This document shows, in pieces, positions 43,582 to 51,736 of a stretch of 64,000 nucleotides of DNA. The position numbers and the translations under genes are program-made. The notes beneath the pieces were generated by a model. That model was not told the DNA's origin, made no database searches, and worked only from the letters and a program-made list of their open reading frames with translations. Location: assembly GCA_900314645.1 (NCBI GenBank), contig OMWB01000010.1:4893-68892 (forward strand), given 5' to 3'. Within the stretch, counting starts at the first letter, position 1; each line of letters begins with the position of its first letter. Source of the stretch: an uncultured Actinomycetes bacterium (GTDB taxonomy: Bacteria; Actinomycetota; Coriobacteriia; Coriobacteriales; Atopobiaceae).

Positions 43582-44205
43582 ATGCATACCCCAACCAACA
43601 TCCCGCTGATTCCCTACGTGGTGGAGCAGACCCCGCGTGGTGAGCGCAGCTACGACATCTACTCGCGCTTGCTCAACGACCGCATCGTCTTCATCGGCGA
43701 GCCCATCACCCGCGAGAGCGCCAACCTGGTGATCGCGCAGCTCCTGCACCTCGAGTCGCAGGATCCCGACAAGGACATCTCGCTGTACATCGACTCGCCC
43801 GGTGGCGAGGTCTATGCTGGCCTGGGCATCCTTGACACCATGAACTTCATCAAGCCCGAGGTTTCCACCATCTGCGTGGGCATGGCCGCCTCCATGGCCG
43901 CCGTCCTTCTGGCTTCCGGCGCCAAGGGCAAGCGCATGTGCCTGCCCAACTCCATGGTGCTCATCCATCAGCCCAGCTCTGGCGTCGAGGGACAGCAGAC
44001 CGACATCCAGATCGTGGCCGAGGAGACCAAGTACATCCGCGAGCACCTCAACGAGATTCTGGCCAACGCGACCGGCCAGCCCATTGAGAAGATCAACGCC
44101 GACACCGAGCGCGACAACTACCTGCGTGCGCAGCAGGCGCTCGAGTATGGCCTGGTTGACCGCGTGATCACCTCGCGCACCGACCAGTTCGACACCGAGG
44201 AGTAG
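43582..44205 (+). CDS. clpP: ATP-dependent Clp protease proteolytic subunit
   Basis: [30 protein letters not shown]...[18 protein letters not shown]...[15 protein letters not shown]...LIHQP. ATG at 43582 after aggagga. Confidence 0.95.
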   Translation: MHTPTNIPLIPYVVEQTPRGERSYDIYSRLLNDRIVFIGEPITRESANLVIAQLLHLESQDPDKDISLYIDSPGGEVYAGLGILDTMNFIKPEVSTICVGMAASMAAVLLASGAKGKRMCLPNSMVLIHQPSSGVEGQQTDIQIVAEETKYIREHLNEILANATGQPIEKINADTERDNYLRAQQALEYGLVDRVITSRTDQFDTEE

Positions 44206-44210
44206 CCCAT

Positions 44211-45491
44211 ATGGCGCAAAACGAGTCAGAGCTGCACTGCTCATTTTGCGGAAAGCCCCGCAGCCAGGTTCAGAAGCTCATCAGGTCCCCGCACGGCGTC
44301 TTCATCTGCGACGAGTGCGTGGAGGCCTGTGGGCAGATTATCGCTGAGACTAAGGCCGACGAGGAAGTCGACGACATCGACCTCACCGAGCCCCTTCTCT
44401 CCGAGCTGCCCACACCGCACCAGATCTATGAGGAGCTCTCGCAGTACGTCATGGGTCAGGAGCAGGCGAAGCGCGCGATGAGCGTGGCCGTGTACAACCA
44501 CTACCGCCGCATCATCACGGGCAACGACCAGGTTGACGAGGACGAGGAAGAGGTCGAGATCGCCAAGAGCAACATCTTGCTGCTGGGCCCCACGGGCACG
44601 GGCAAGACGCTTCTGGCCCAGACGCTCGCGCGCTTCCTCGAGGTCCCGTTTGCCATCGCAGACGCCACCACGTTGACCGAGGCTGGCTACGTGGGCGAGG
44701 ACGTGGAGAACATCCTGCTCAAGCTCATTACCGCCGCCGACGGCGATGTCGAGCGCGCCGAGATGGGCATCGTCTACGTGGACGAGATCGACAAGATCGC
44801 CCGCAAGGCCGAGAACCTCTCCATCACGCGCGACGTCTCAGGCGAGGGCGTGCAACAGGCGCTGCTCAAGATCCTTGAGGGCACCGAGGCGAGCGTCCCG
44901 CCGCAGGGCGGCCGTAAGCACCCCCAGCAGGAGCTCATCCACATCGACACCACCAACATCCTGTTCATCTGCGCTGGCGCCTTCGTCGGCCTGGACAAGA
45001 TCGTGGCGGACCGCATCGGCAAGAAGGGCATTGGTTTCAATGGCACGCTTGCCAAGAAGGTCGAGGACGACCAGGACAACCTGATGGAGCAGGTTATGCC
45101 TCAGGACCTGCACAGCTTTGGCATGATCCCGGAGTTCGTGGGCCGCATCCCCGTCATCACCTCCACCAAGCAGCTGACCGAGTCCGACCTGGTGGACATC
45201 CTCACCAAGCCCAAGAACGCGCTGGTCAAGCAGTACACGCGCATGTTTGAGCTTGAGGGCGTGCGCCTTGAGTTTGAACCCGATGCCCTGACCGAGATTG
45301 CCCACCAGGCCATCGAGCGCGGAACGGGCGCCCGCGGCCTGCGTTCCATCTGCGAGGCGACGCTGCAGCAGGTGATGTTTGACATCCCGAGTGATATGGA
45401 CATCACGGGCGTGGTGGTCACCAAGGAAAGCGTGGGCGGCGCGCAGCTGCCGAAGCTTCTGCGGCAGGGTGCCGCGAAGCACCGCAAATAG
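44211..45491 (+). CDS. clpX: ATP-dependent Clp protease ATP-binding subunit ClpX
   Basis: Zinc finger CSFCGK...CDEC, Walker A GPTGTGKT, Walker [18 protein letters not shown]. Confidence 0.95.
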   Translation: MAQNESELHCSFCGKPRSQVQKLIRSPHGVFICDECVEACGQIIAETKADEEVDDIDLTEPLLSELPTPHQIYEELSQYVMGQEQAKRAMSVAVYNHYRRIITGNDQVDEDEEEVEIAKSNILLLGPTGTGKTLLAQTLARFLEVPFAIADATTLTEAGYVGEDVENILLKLITAADGDVERAEMGIVYVDEIDKIARKAENLSITRDVSGEGVQQALLKILEGTEASVPPQGGRKHPQQELIHIDTTNILFICAGAFVGLDKIVADRIGKKGIGFNGTLAKKVEDDQDNLMEQVMPQDLHSFGMIPEFVGRIPVITSTKQLTESDLVDILTKPKNALVKQYTRMFELEGVRLEFEPDALTEIAHQAIERGTGARGLRSICEATLQQVMFDIPSDMDITGVVVTKESVGGAQLPKLLRQGAAKHRK

Positions 45492-45514
45492 CACCGCGCA
45501 AGGCATTTCTTGTC

Positions 45515-45567
45515 GGGCCCCAATTTCGCACGGTTAGCGTGCGGGATTGGGGCCCTCGCCGTTTCTT
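45515..45567 (+). terminator. Hairpin terminator after clpX
   Basis: gggccccaat...attggggccc stem with an inner cgcac/gtgcg stem, followed by tcgccgtttctt. Confidence 0.5.
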
Positions 45568-45604
45568 GCACTATCATGGGGCACGACATGTGGGCTAGAA
45601 GGCC

Positions 45605-46510
45605 ATGAAGGGGATGGTTTCTATGGCAGAGCAGGGCGAGAAGCGCAGGGTCAAGCGCGTCTTCATTGACGCCGACACCGGCAAGCAGATTTCCGAGCAG
45701 ACCGTCGTGACCGATGCGAAGGACGTTGCGACTGAGGTCAAGATCAAGAATGTCGAGGCTACTGGCGAGGTGGGCAACAAGCGCATCATCGCGGTGGTCC
45801 TCTGGATCGTGGCCATCATCCTTGAGGCGCTGGCCATCTGCTCGGTTATGCAGTCCAGCCCCCTCTATGGCAATCTGCCGTTCTTCGAGCCGCTCGTATG
45901 GATGATCATCTTCCTCGTGCTCGACCTCGTGTGCGTTATCATTGCGGGCCAGCTTTGGAAGAAGGCCAACCACATCGATCCGCCGTCGGAGAAGAACGCC
46001 TTCGAGTTCTTTGTGAAGTCGCAACTCGGCGCCATCCTCTCCGTGGTCGCCTTCCTTCCGTTCCTGATTATTGCCCTGCTTGACAAGGACGCTGATCAGA
46101 GGACGAAGACCATCGCCGCCATTGTTGCTGGTGTCGCCCTTGCCGTTGGTGTGGGAACATCCGCAGACTTCAACCCTGTTTCGTCCGAGGACCTGCAGGC
46201 CATGCAGCAGAACGCCATCGAGCTTGGCGACGGCACGGTGTACTGGACCGAGCACGGCACGGTCTATCACCTGAATCCGAATTGTCGGGCAATCATCAAC
46301 TCCGCAACCATCTACTCGGGTGACGCGGCGGCCGCCTACGAGCATGGTCTTTCCCGTCCCTGCAAGTTCTGTGCGGCCGAGTCGGGAAGCGACACCATCA
46401 AGAAGATGTCCGAGGCCGGCACCGTGACCGAAGCGCCCGCAGCGGATACGACCGAGGCTGAGGCAGAGCCCGAAGCTGAGGCCGAGGCCGAAGTGGACGA
46501 GGCTGCGTAA
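45605..46510 (+). CDS. Multi-pass membrane protein with an extracytoplasmic H..C...C..C module and an acidic tail
   Basis: Four hydrophobic segments, then [20 protein letters not shown]...[10 protein letters not shown]. The start is uncertain (45605 or 45623). Confidence 0.65.
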   Translation: MKGMVSMAEQGEKRRVKRVFIDADTGKQISEQTVVTDAKDVATEVKIKNVEATGEVGNKRIIAVVLWIVAIILEALAICSVMQSSPLYGNLPFFEPLVWMIIFLVLDLVCVIIAGQLWKKANHIDPPSEKNAFEFFVKSQLGAILSVVAFLPFLIIALLDKDADQRTKTIAAIVAGVALAVGVGTSADFNPVSSEDLQAMQQNAIELGDGTVYWTEHGTVYHLNPNCRAIINSATIYSGDAAAAYEHGLSRPCKFCAAESGSDTIKKMSEAGTVTEAPAADTTEAEAEPEAEAEAEVDEAA

Positions 46511-46536
46511 GCGGATTCACGCGCGTATAATGCCAG

Positions 46537-46573
46537 CGGGGCGAGGGGAGACCCTCGCCCCGTTTTCGTTCTT
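46537..46573 (+). terminator. Rho-independent terminator
   Basis: Perfect 11-bp stem cggggcgaggg / ccctcgccccg, loop gaga, then ttttcgttctt. Confidence 0.75.
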
Positions 46574-46669
46574 GAAGAAACCGTGGTGGGGTTCGGTCGA
46601 AGGGCTCCTATCCGCAAATGGGTACCATCCAACTCAAGGCAGTTTCCTTGAGCCAGAAGGAGGAATGAG

Positions 46670-47665
46670 ATGTATCTCGACTTTGGGGAGCTTGTCTCTA
46701 TGATCATGGGCGTTTTGGTGCCCATCATCTTCGTCGTGGTCGTGCTTCGAATTGTTGCCGCCGCCATTGGTGGAGCAACGCGTCACAGCGGCACGGTCAA
46801 CGACTCGTATCAGGGCTGGTTCTATGTGATCCAGCAGCAGCACGTGGGCGTGGTCGAGCGCCTCGGCCGCTTCTACCAGGTGGTTGGCCCGGGCTTCCAT
46901 GTACGTGTTCCGATCATCGACCGCGTCCGTGACGTGAGCCTCATGACCGAGGACGAGCACATCACCTTTGATGCTAAGACCGAGGACAACGTCACCATCG
47001 AGCTGGACGTCTCCGTGCAGTACCACGTTGACTACTCGCAGCCCGTCGACGGCCCCAGCGGCATCTACAAGAGCCTGTACACGCTGACCGACCCGGTTGC
47101 GCAGATGAAGGACTACTTCGCTGACGCACTGCGCTCGCAGATCCCGAGCCGCAAGCTTGACGAGGTCTTCACCGAGAAGGACGCCATTGCGCGCGCCATC
47201 GACGAGATCGTCTCGGAGAAGATGAACGAGTATGGCTATGTCATCGTGACCACGCTCATCACGTCCATCAAGCTTCCCAAGGACGTCCAGCAGTCGATGA
47301 ACCGCATCATCGCCTCCAAGAACGACCTTGAGAGCGCCAAGAACGAGGCCGAGGCCGAGCGCCAGAAGACCGTCATCGCGGCTGCCGCAAAGGCCGAGGC
47401 CATGGAGAAGGAGGGCGAGGGCATCGCCAAGCAGCGTGTTGCCATCGCGCAGGGCATCCGCGACTCCATCGACGTCATCCAGGGTGCCGAGCTCGATGCC
47501 GAGGAAGCCAACCGCCTCTTCGAGTTCACGCAGTACATCGGCATGATGGAGGAGTTCGCCCACAAGGGTGCCTCCACGGTCGTCCTGCCGAGCGAGTTCT
47601 CGCAGGCCTCACCGATGCTGCGCGACCTGCTGGTGAGCGACGCCAACCAAAAGGCCGAAGAGTAG
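46670..47665 (+). CDS. SPFH/Band 7 (stomatin/prohibitin-like) membrane protein
   Basis: N-terminal TM, then FYVIQQQHVGVVERLGRFYQVVGPGFHVRVPIIDRV and an Ala/Glu-rich coiled coil. RBS aaggagg precedes the start. Confidence 0.85.
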   Translation: MYLDFGELVSMIMGVLVPIIFVVVVLRIVAAAIGGATRHSGTVNDSYQGWFYVIQQQHVGVVERLGRFYQVVGPGFHVRVPIIDRVRDVSLMTEDEHITFDAKTEDNVTIELDVSVQYHVDYSQPVDGPSGIYKSLYTLTDPVAQMKDYFADALRSQIPSRKLDEVFTEKDAIARAIDEIVSEKMNEYGYVIVTTLITSIKLPKDVQQSMNRIIASKNDLESAKNEAEAERQKTVIAAAAKAEAMEKEGEGIAKQRVAIAQGIRDSIDVIQGAELDAEEANRLFEFTQYIGMMEEFAHKGASTVVLPSEFSQASPMLRDLLVSDANQKAEE

Positions 47666-47690
47666 CCCGTAGCCTCTTAGAAACTGAGAA

Positions 47691-47727
47691 AGGGCTGCCT
47701 CCATGCGTGGGGGCGGCCCTTTCGTTT
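47691..47727. terminator. Bidirectional hairpin terminator between convergent genes
   Basis: agggctgcc / ggcggccct stem (one G-U pair), followed by ttcgttt. Confidence 0.55.
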
Positions 47728-47747
47728 GAGCGAAGCGCAAGCGGGTC

Positions 47748-48365
47748 CTATGCCAGCATCTCGTCAACTTCGAGCGGTGCGAAGGACGTGAGCGCCGGAT
47801 GGTTCGTCAACGTCCGCACGATGCGCCAGCCGGTCTCACTCTCCACGGCGTTCTCTGGGGTCGGCCGGCAACCGAGGTTGAGATAGATTTTCACTGCGAG
47901 CCACGTGTTTGTCTGCGTGGGAATAATCACGTTGGTGTAGCCGAGCTCGCGCATGATGCGGAACGCCTCGCAGACCAGCGGCTTTGAGAGCCCGCAGCCC
48001 TGCTGGTCCCTTCGGACCGAGACCCAATGGAGCCAAGCTGACCCTGAGGTGTCCTGCCCGAACGGGTCATAGTACGCCGTGGCAGTTGCGACCTTCGTGC
48101 CAGATTCGTCCTCGATAAAGATCATCCGCTCCGGGAGCTCGGTCTCATGGCCCCCAAAGTAGCGGGCCCAGGCCGCCTCGCCCTGCTCGCGAGTGTCGAA
48201 CTCCTTTGCGCTCTGCTCGATTTCGATCCACGTGTCACGGTCTCCGGGCTCATAGAAGACGAAGTGGTAGCCTTCGGGGAGCTTGTACTCGGGAATGTCG
48301 TCGAGCGAGCGGCAGAGCCTGAGTCTCCAATGAGCGATACGCTTGTCGTTGTTGTCAAATACCAC
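47748..48365 (-). CDS. GNAT-family N-acetyltransferase
   Basis: WLHWVSVRRDQQGCGLSKPLVCEAFRIMRELGY fits the acetyl-CoA motif A (Q/RxxGxG/A). Confidence 0.75.
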   Translation of the reverse strand: MVFDNNDKRIAHWRLRLCRSLDDIPEYKLPEGYHFVFYEPGDRDTWIEIEQSAKEFDTREQGEAAWARYFGGHETELPERMIFIEDESGTKVATATAYYDPFGQDTSGSAWLHWVSVRRDQQGCGLSKPLVCEAFRIMRELGYTNVIIPTQTNTWLAVKIYLNLGCRPTPENAVESETGWRIVRTLTNHPALTSFAPLEVDEMLA

Positions 48366-48484
48366 GGTGTTCCTCCCGTCGCGCAGAAAACGGCCCCTTT
48401 TCCACTATACCGAATGCGGAACCATCCGTGTGAGCCCAACGCAGCCCGACCGAGCGACCGGTCGCGTGCGAGAGATTGGAGCTT

Positions 48485-48641
48485 AGTTACCACGAACTAC
48501 GGTTTCCGTCTCGCAATCCTGCGATACGTTCAAAATCGATGCGTTCTGTGGTAACTAGCTAAAACACACAGTTACCACGAAGTGCATCAATACTGAAAGA
48601 ATCCCAGTTGAGCCACGCCACATCCGAGTTTCGTGGTAACT
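48485..48641. promoter_or_regulatory. Four copies of the 12-mer AGTTACCACGAA as two inverted pairs (candidate operators or small hairpin elements)
   Basis: 48485-48496 (+), 48546-48556 (inverted), 48570-48581 (+), 48630-48641 (inverted). The intervening sequences of about 48 bp are unrelated. Lies upstream of the GNAT gene. Confidence 0.4.
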
Positions 48642-48699
48642 ATTTGCCTCAGCGCAGGATGGCCGACGGACAAAACCCCGCCTGGACGGGAAAAATGTC

Positions 48700-49467
48700 T
48701 CAGCCCAACAGGGTCTGGGCGTTCTTTGCGGCAATTTCGCGCACGTCCTTCCCGCGGATCGCCTCAAGTTGCGAGAGCGTACGCTCCAGAGACGCGACGA
48801 TTTCCGCTGCGGAGAAGGGTTCGCCCTCCTTGGGCGGCAGATCGGTCTCGGTGAGCAGCTTGCCTTCGGGAATCTGGCGCGCGTACTCGCGCCCACGGCG
48901 CGTTGAAAGCATCATCTCGTTGATGGAGAACCAGCAGCCCGCGCGAACAGCGCGATGCAGCTCGTCGCTCGTGCCGCTGAACCAGTGGAAGATGCAGTGG
49001 CACTCAGAGAAGCAGTCCGTTCGTTCGAGCACGTCAAGTACGGCAGACGCGGACCGCACCGCATGGATGGAGATGACCCTGGTGCGTTCGGGGTGCGGCT
49101 CGAAGGTACAGGCGCGGATGATGCGCTCGAAGACGCACAGCTGCCGTGCATAGGACGAGGGGTCGGCATGGGCGGGGGAGTAGTCCAGGCCCACCTCACC
49201 CACATACGCCGAAGCGTCCACCTGTGCCACGGCAAGGTCGACGTCGTTGGCCGTGACGCGTCCGTCCGCGATCCACCACGGATGGAGTCCCACGCCGATG
49301 CGCACATTGGGCTGGTGGGCAAGCTCCCGCAGCGACGCCTTGTACTCATGCGGTGTCACCGTGTTGGCAAACAGCGCGAGGCCAAGCGCTTCAGCATCGC
49401 GCGCTACCTCAAGAGCGTTTGACATGAAGCCCAGGTGGCAGTGCATGTCGTAAAGCTCGTACGCCAT
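48700..49467 (-). CDS. TatD-family metal-dependent hydrolase
   Basis: YDMHCHLGF at the N-terminus, plus GLHPW, ISIHAV, HWFSG and TETDLPP motifs in TatD order. Confidence 0.8.
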   Translation of the reverse strand: MAYELYDMHCHLGFMSNALEVARDAEALGLALFANTVTPHEYKASLRELAHQPNVRIGVGLHPWWIADGRVTANDVDLAVAQVDASAYVGEVGLDYSPAHADPSSYARQLCVFERIIRACTFEPHPERTRVISIHAVRSASAVLDVLERTDCFSECHCIFHWFSGTSDELHRAVRAGCWFSINEMMLSTRRGREYARQIPEGKLLTETDLPPKEGEPFSAAEIVASLERTLSQLEAIRGKDVREIAAKNAQTLLG

Positions 49468-49472
49468 GGCAA

Positions 49473-50207
49473 TCAGAGCCCCGCCAGGTCGCGGATGACC
49501 TTGCTCGCGAGCATCTGCCCCATGATGGGCGGCAGGTAGCTCATGGTGCCCAGGATAGAGGCGCCCTCGCGCACAAAGCCGCGTTCGTCGATGTTGTCAC
49601 GCTTGCCCTCGGCCTCGCGCGGCGGCTCGTCAGACCACAGCACCGTCAGCCCCTTGATGCCGCGCTTGCGGCACTCCTTGCGCATCACGCGCGCGATGGG
49701 GTCAATCGAGGTCTTCTCGATGGGGGAGAAGCGGAAGCGCGTGGGGTCCAGCTTGTTGGCGCCGCCCATGGCGCTCACCTCGCGCAGGCCCTCGCTCTGG
49801 CACCAGGCGGCGATCCGCAGCTTCTGCGAGATGGTGTCGATGGCGTCCACCACGTAGTCGGGCCGCGGGAAGGCGCCCAGCTGCTCGGCGATGCGGTCTT
49901 TGTCAATAAAGGCCTGCTCAGCGACCACGTCGCATGCGGGGTTGATGTCGGCCACCATGTCACGCATGACCTCGGCCTTAGGGCGCCCCACCGTGCTGTG
50001 AAACGCGAGCGCCTGTCGGTTGATGTTTGATGGCGTGACCACGTCGCGGTCGATGAGCACGAGTGACCCCACGCCACCGCGCGCCAGAGCCTCGGCACAC
50101 GCGGAGCCAACCCCACCCAGCCCCAGCACCATGACGCGCGCCGACGCAAGGCGCGCCAGCCCCTCGTCACCCAGGATGAGCCTGAGCCTGTCACGTGCCG
50201 TCTCCAT
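49473..50207 (-). CDS. tcdA: tRNA threonylcarbamoyladenosine dehydratase (ThiF/E1-like, TcdA/CsdL family)
   Basis: VMVLGLGGVGSACAEALARGGVGSLVLIDRDVVTPSNINRQ. ATG at 50207 after ggaggga. A 5-nt gap separates it from the tatD-like gene. Confidence 0.75.
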   Translation of the reverse strand: METARDRLRLILGDEGLARLASARVMVLGLGGVGSACAEALARGGVGSLVLIDRDVVTPSNINRQALAFHSTVGRPKAEVMRDMVADINPACDVVAEQAFIDKDRIAEQLGAFPRPDYVVDAIDTISQKLRIAAWCQSEGLREVSAMGGANKLDPTRFRFSPIEKTSIDPIARVMRKECRKRGIKGLTVLWSDEPPREAEGKRDNIDERGFVREGASILGTMSYLPPIMGQMLASKVIRDLAGL

Positions 50208-50555
50208 AGCGTCCCTCCGTTCCCTCACCTCCCACTGTAGCAATTCCTCGCCCGACGTGGCACATCCCCACGTTTACCGTGCGTTTGTGGCGCTCGCCAG
50301 AGGACGACCACGCCGTATCCGGCTGACGGAGAGGGACCCCTCTGCCCTCCTGCATGTGGAGCCGCATGAACCTTTGAAGGAATGGTGGAAGGCGGGCCCA
50401 TCGCGACAACGTATCCCTCTCGCTCGTACTTATGGTGAGGAGATGCGAGAGACGAGCAGTGGAACCTCATGACTCGAAGTTGGTAAGATGGAGCTACGCG
50501 TCTCGATTGTGTTCGCATGACAGGACAGGCATTCGCGCGGCAGGGGGCGGTTCGG

Positions 50556-50996
50556 ATGACGGGCAGGGAGAAGTGCAACAAGCTGAAGAAGATCAGGGCG
50601 GCCGTTGCCGAGAAGCTTGGGATCGACCTGCATCAAGTTGAGTGCACGTTTGAGGGGGAGTGCACGGGCACATGCCCGAAGTGCAAGCAGGAAGAGGATA
50701 TCCTGAACGGAGCTATCCTTCACAAGGGTGCGGCTCTGGCTGGGGCGATGATGCTCGCAACGTCCATGTCGGCATGCGTCCCGTTTGGTGGCAACAGGAC
50801 TGGCCTGGGCGGCAATGAACTCTCCGGCGCAATCGAGGTTGATACCGACAGCTGTCCTCCTACGGAAGGAGACGACGTCGAAGTCCTTTCCGGCGAGGTT
50901 GACGAGCAGGCGCTGCAGGACGTGGACGTCACGACGAGCAACGACAACAAGGTCGAGGATATCTACGTAGAAGACCTTACGGGCTATGTAGGGTGA
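50556..50996 (+). CDS. Small membrane protein with an N-terminal Cys-rich zinc-ribbon-like motif
   Basis: MTGREKCNKLKKIRAAVAEKLGIDLHQVECTFEGECTGTCPKCKQEE, one TM (GAALAGAMMLATSMSA) and an acidic tail. Overlaps the next gene. Confidence 0.55.
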   Translation: MTGREKCNKLKKIRAAVAEKLGIDLHQVECTFEGECTGTCPKCKQEEDILNGAILHKGAALAGAMMLATSMSACVPFGGNRTGLGGNELSGAIEVDTDSCPPTEGDDVEVLSGEVDEQALQDVDVTTSNDNKVEDIYVEDLTGYVG

Positions 50997-51595
50997 CGTG
51001 CATGAGGATCCACGGGATATCACGCAGGAGGCTCGGCACTGATGGCCGTGGCGTGACGGATCTTGTGGCCATGGCCGGTTGCCCCCTTGCATGCACGTAT
51101 TGCCTGAACGGGAGGCTTCTCGCCGAGGGCAGCACCATAGAGATCACCGCAGGCGACCTTCTCGCTTCCGTTATGCAGGAGGCATGCTACTTCGTGGGCA
51201 CCGGTGGGGGAGTGACCTTCGGCGGTGGCGAGCCGCTCCTTCAAGGGGAGGGCATCAAGGAGTTTGCGGCCCTGCGGCCCGAGTGGATGAGCCTTTCCAT
51301 AGAGACTGCGCTCCAGGTGCCACAGGATGTGGTCGATGCCCTGATTCCGACGGTTGACCTGTGGATTGTTGACATCAAGTCGCTTGATCAAGATGTCTAT
51401 CGCGGGTATGCGCACGGGAGCCTGTCCGTCGCACTGCGGAACCTCGAGGCCCTTATGGGGGTCAAAGAGAAGGTGCTTGTCAGGGTGCCCATCATCCCTG
51501 GATATAAGGACGAGCAAACGGCGCGCGCCGAGGCGGAGGCGCTGGTGAAGATGGGCTTCGAGAGGATTGATGTGTTTCCGTACGTCGTACGGTAA
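50993..51595 (+). CDS. Small radical SAM protein of the glycyl-radical-enzyme-activase type (about 200 aa)
   Basis: RIHGISRRRLGTDGRGVTDLVAMAGCPLACTYCLN (CxxxCxxC) and GGGVTFGGGEPLLQ. The start is 50993 (GTG) or 51002 (ATG). Confidence 0.7.
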   Translation: MTCMRIHGISRRRLGTDGRGVTDLVAMAGCPLACTYCLNGRLLAEGSTIEITAGDLLASVMQEACYFVGTGGGVTFGGGEPLLQGEGIKEFAALRPEWMSLSIETALQVPQDVVDALIPTVDLWIVDIKSLDQDVYRGYAHGSLSVALRNLEALMGVKEKVLVRVPIIPGYKDEQTARAEAEALVKMGFERIDVFPYVVR

Positions 51596-51736
51596 CGGTT
51601 GGGCTTGGAACAGGCTCTTCAGGAGGAGCTTCCACCTGCATGAAACATGGTGTATGGGCATCTCATAGCATGTGATGCCCCTGACGTGCTATTATTCTTA
51701 GGTTGCAGGTAAGATGACTCACTGAGAGGCACATTG

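Noticed and set aside
50556-51595. RiPP locus (SCIFF- or sactipeptide-like precursor plus maturase)
   Set aside because: The radical SAM protein is far too small to contain a SPASM or auxiliary-cluster domain and looks like an activase. The Cys-rich protein is 146 aa with a TM helix, not a short leader-core peptide.
51596-51736. T-box or other leader upstream of valS
   Set aside because: Only about 140 nt are available. There is no specifier-loop or T-box consensus and no terminator/antiterminator pair.
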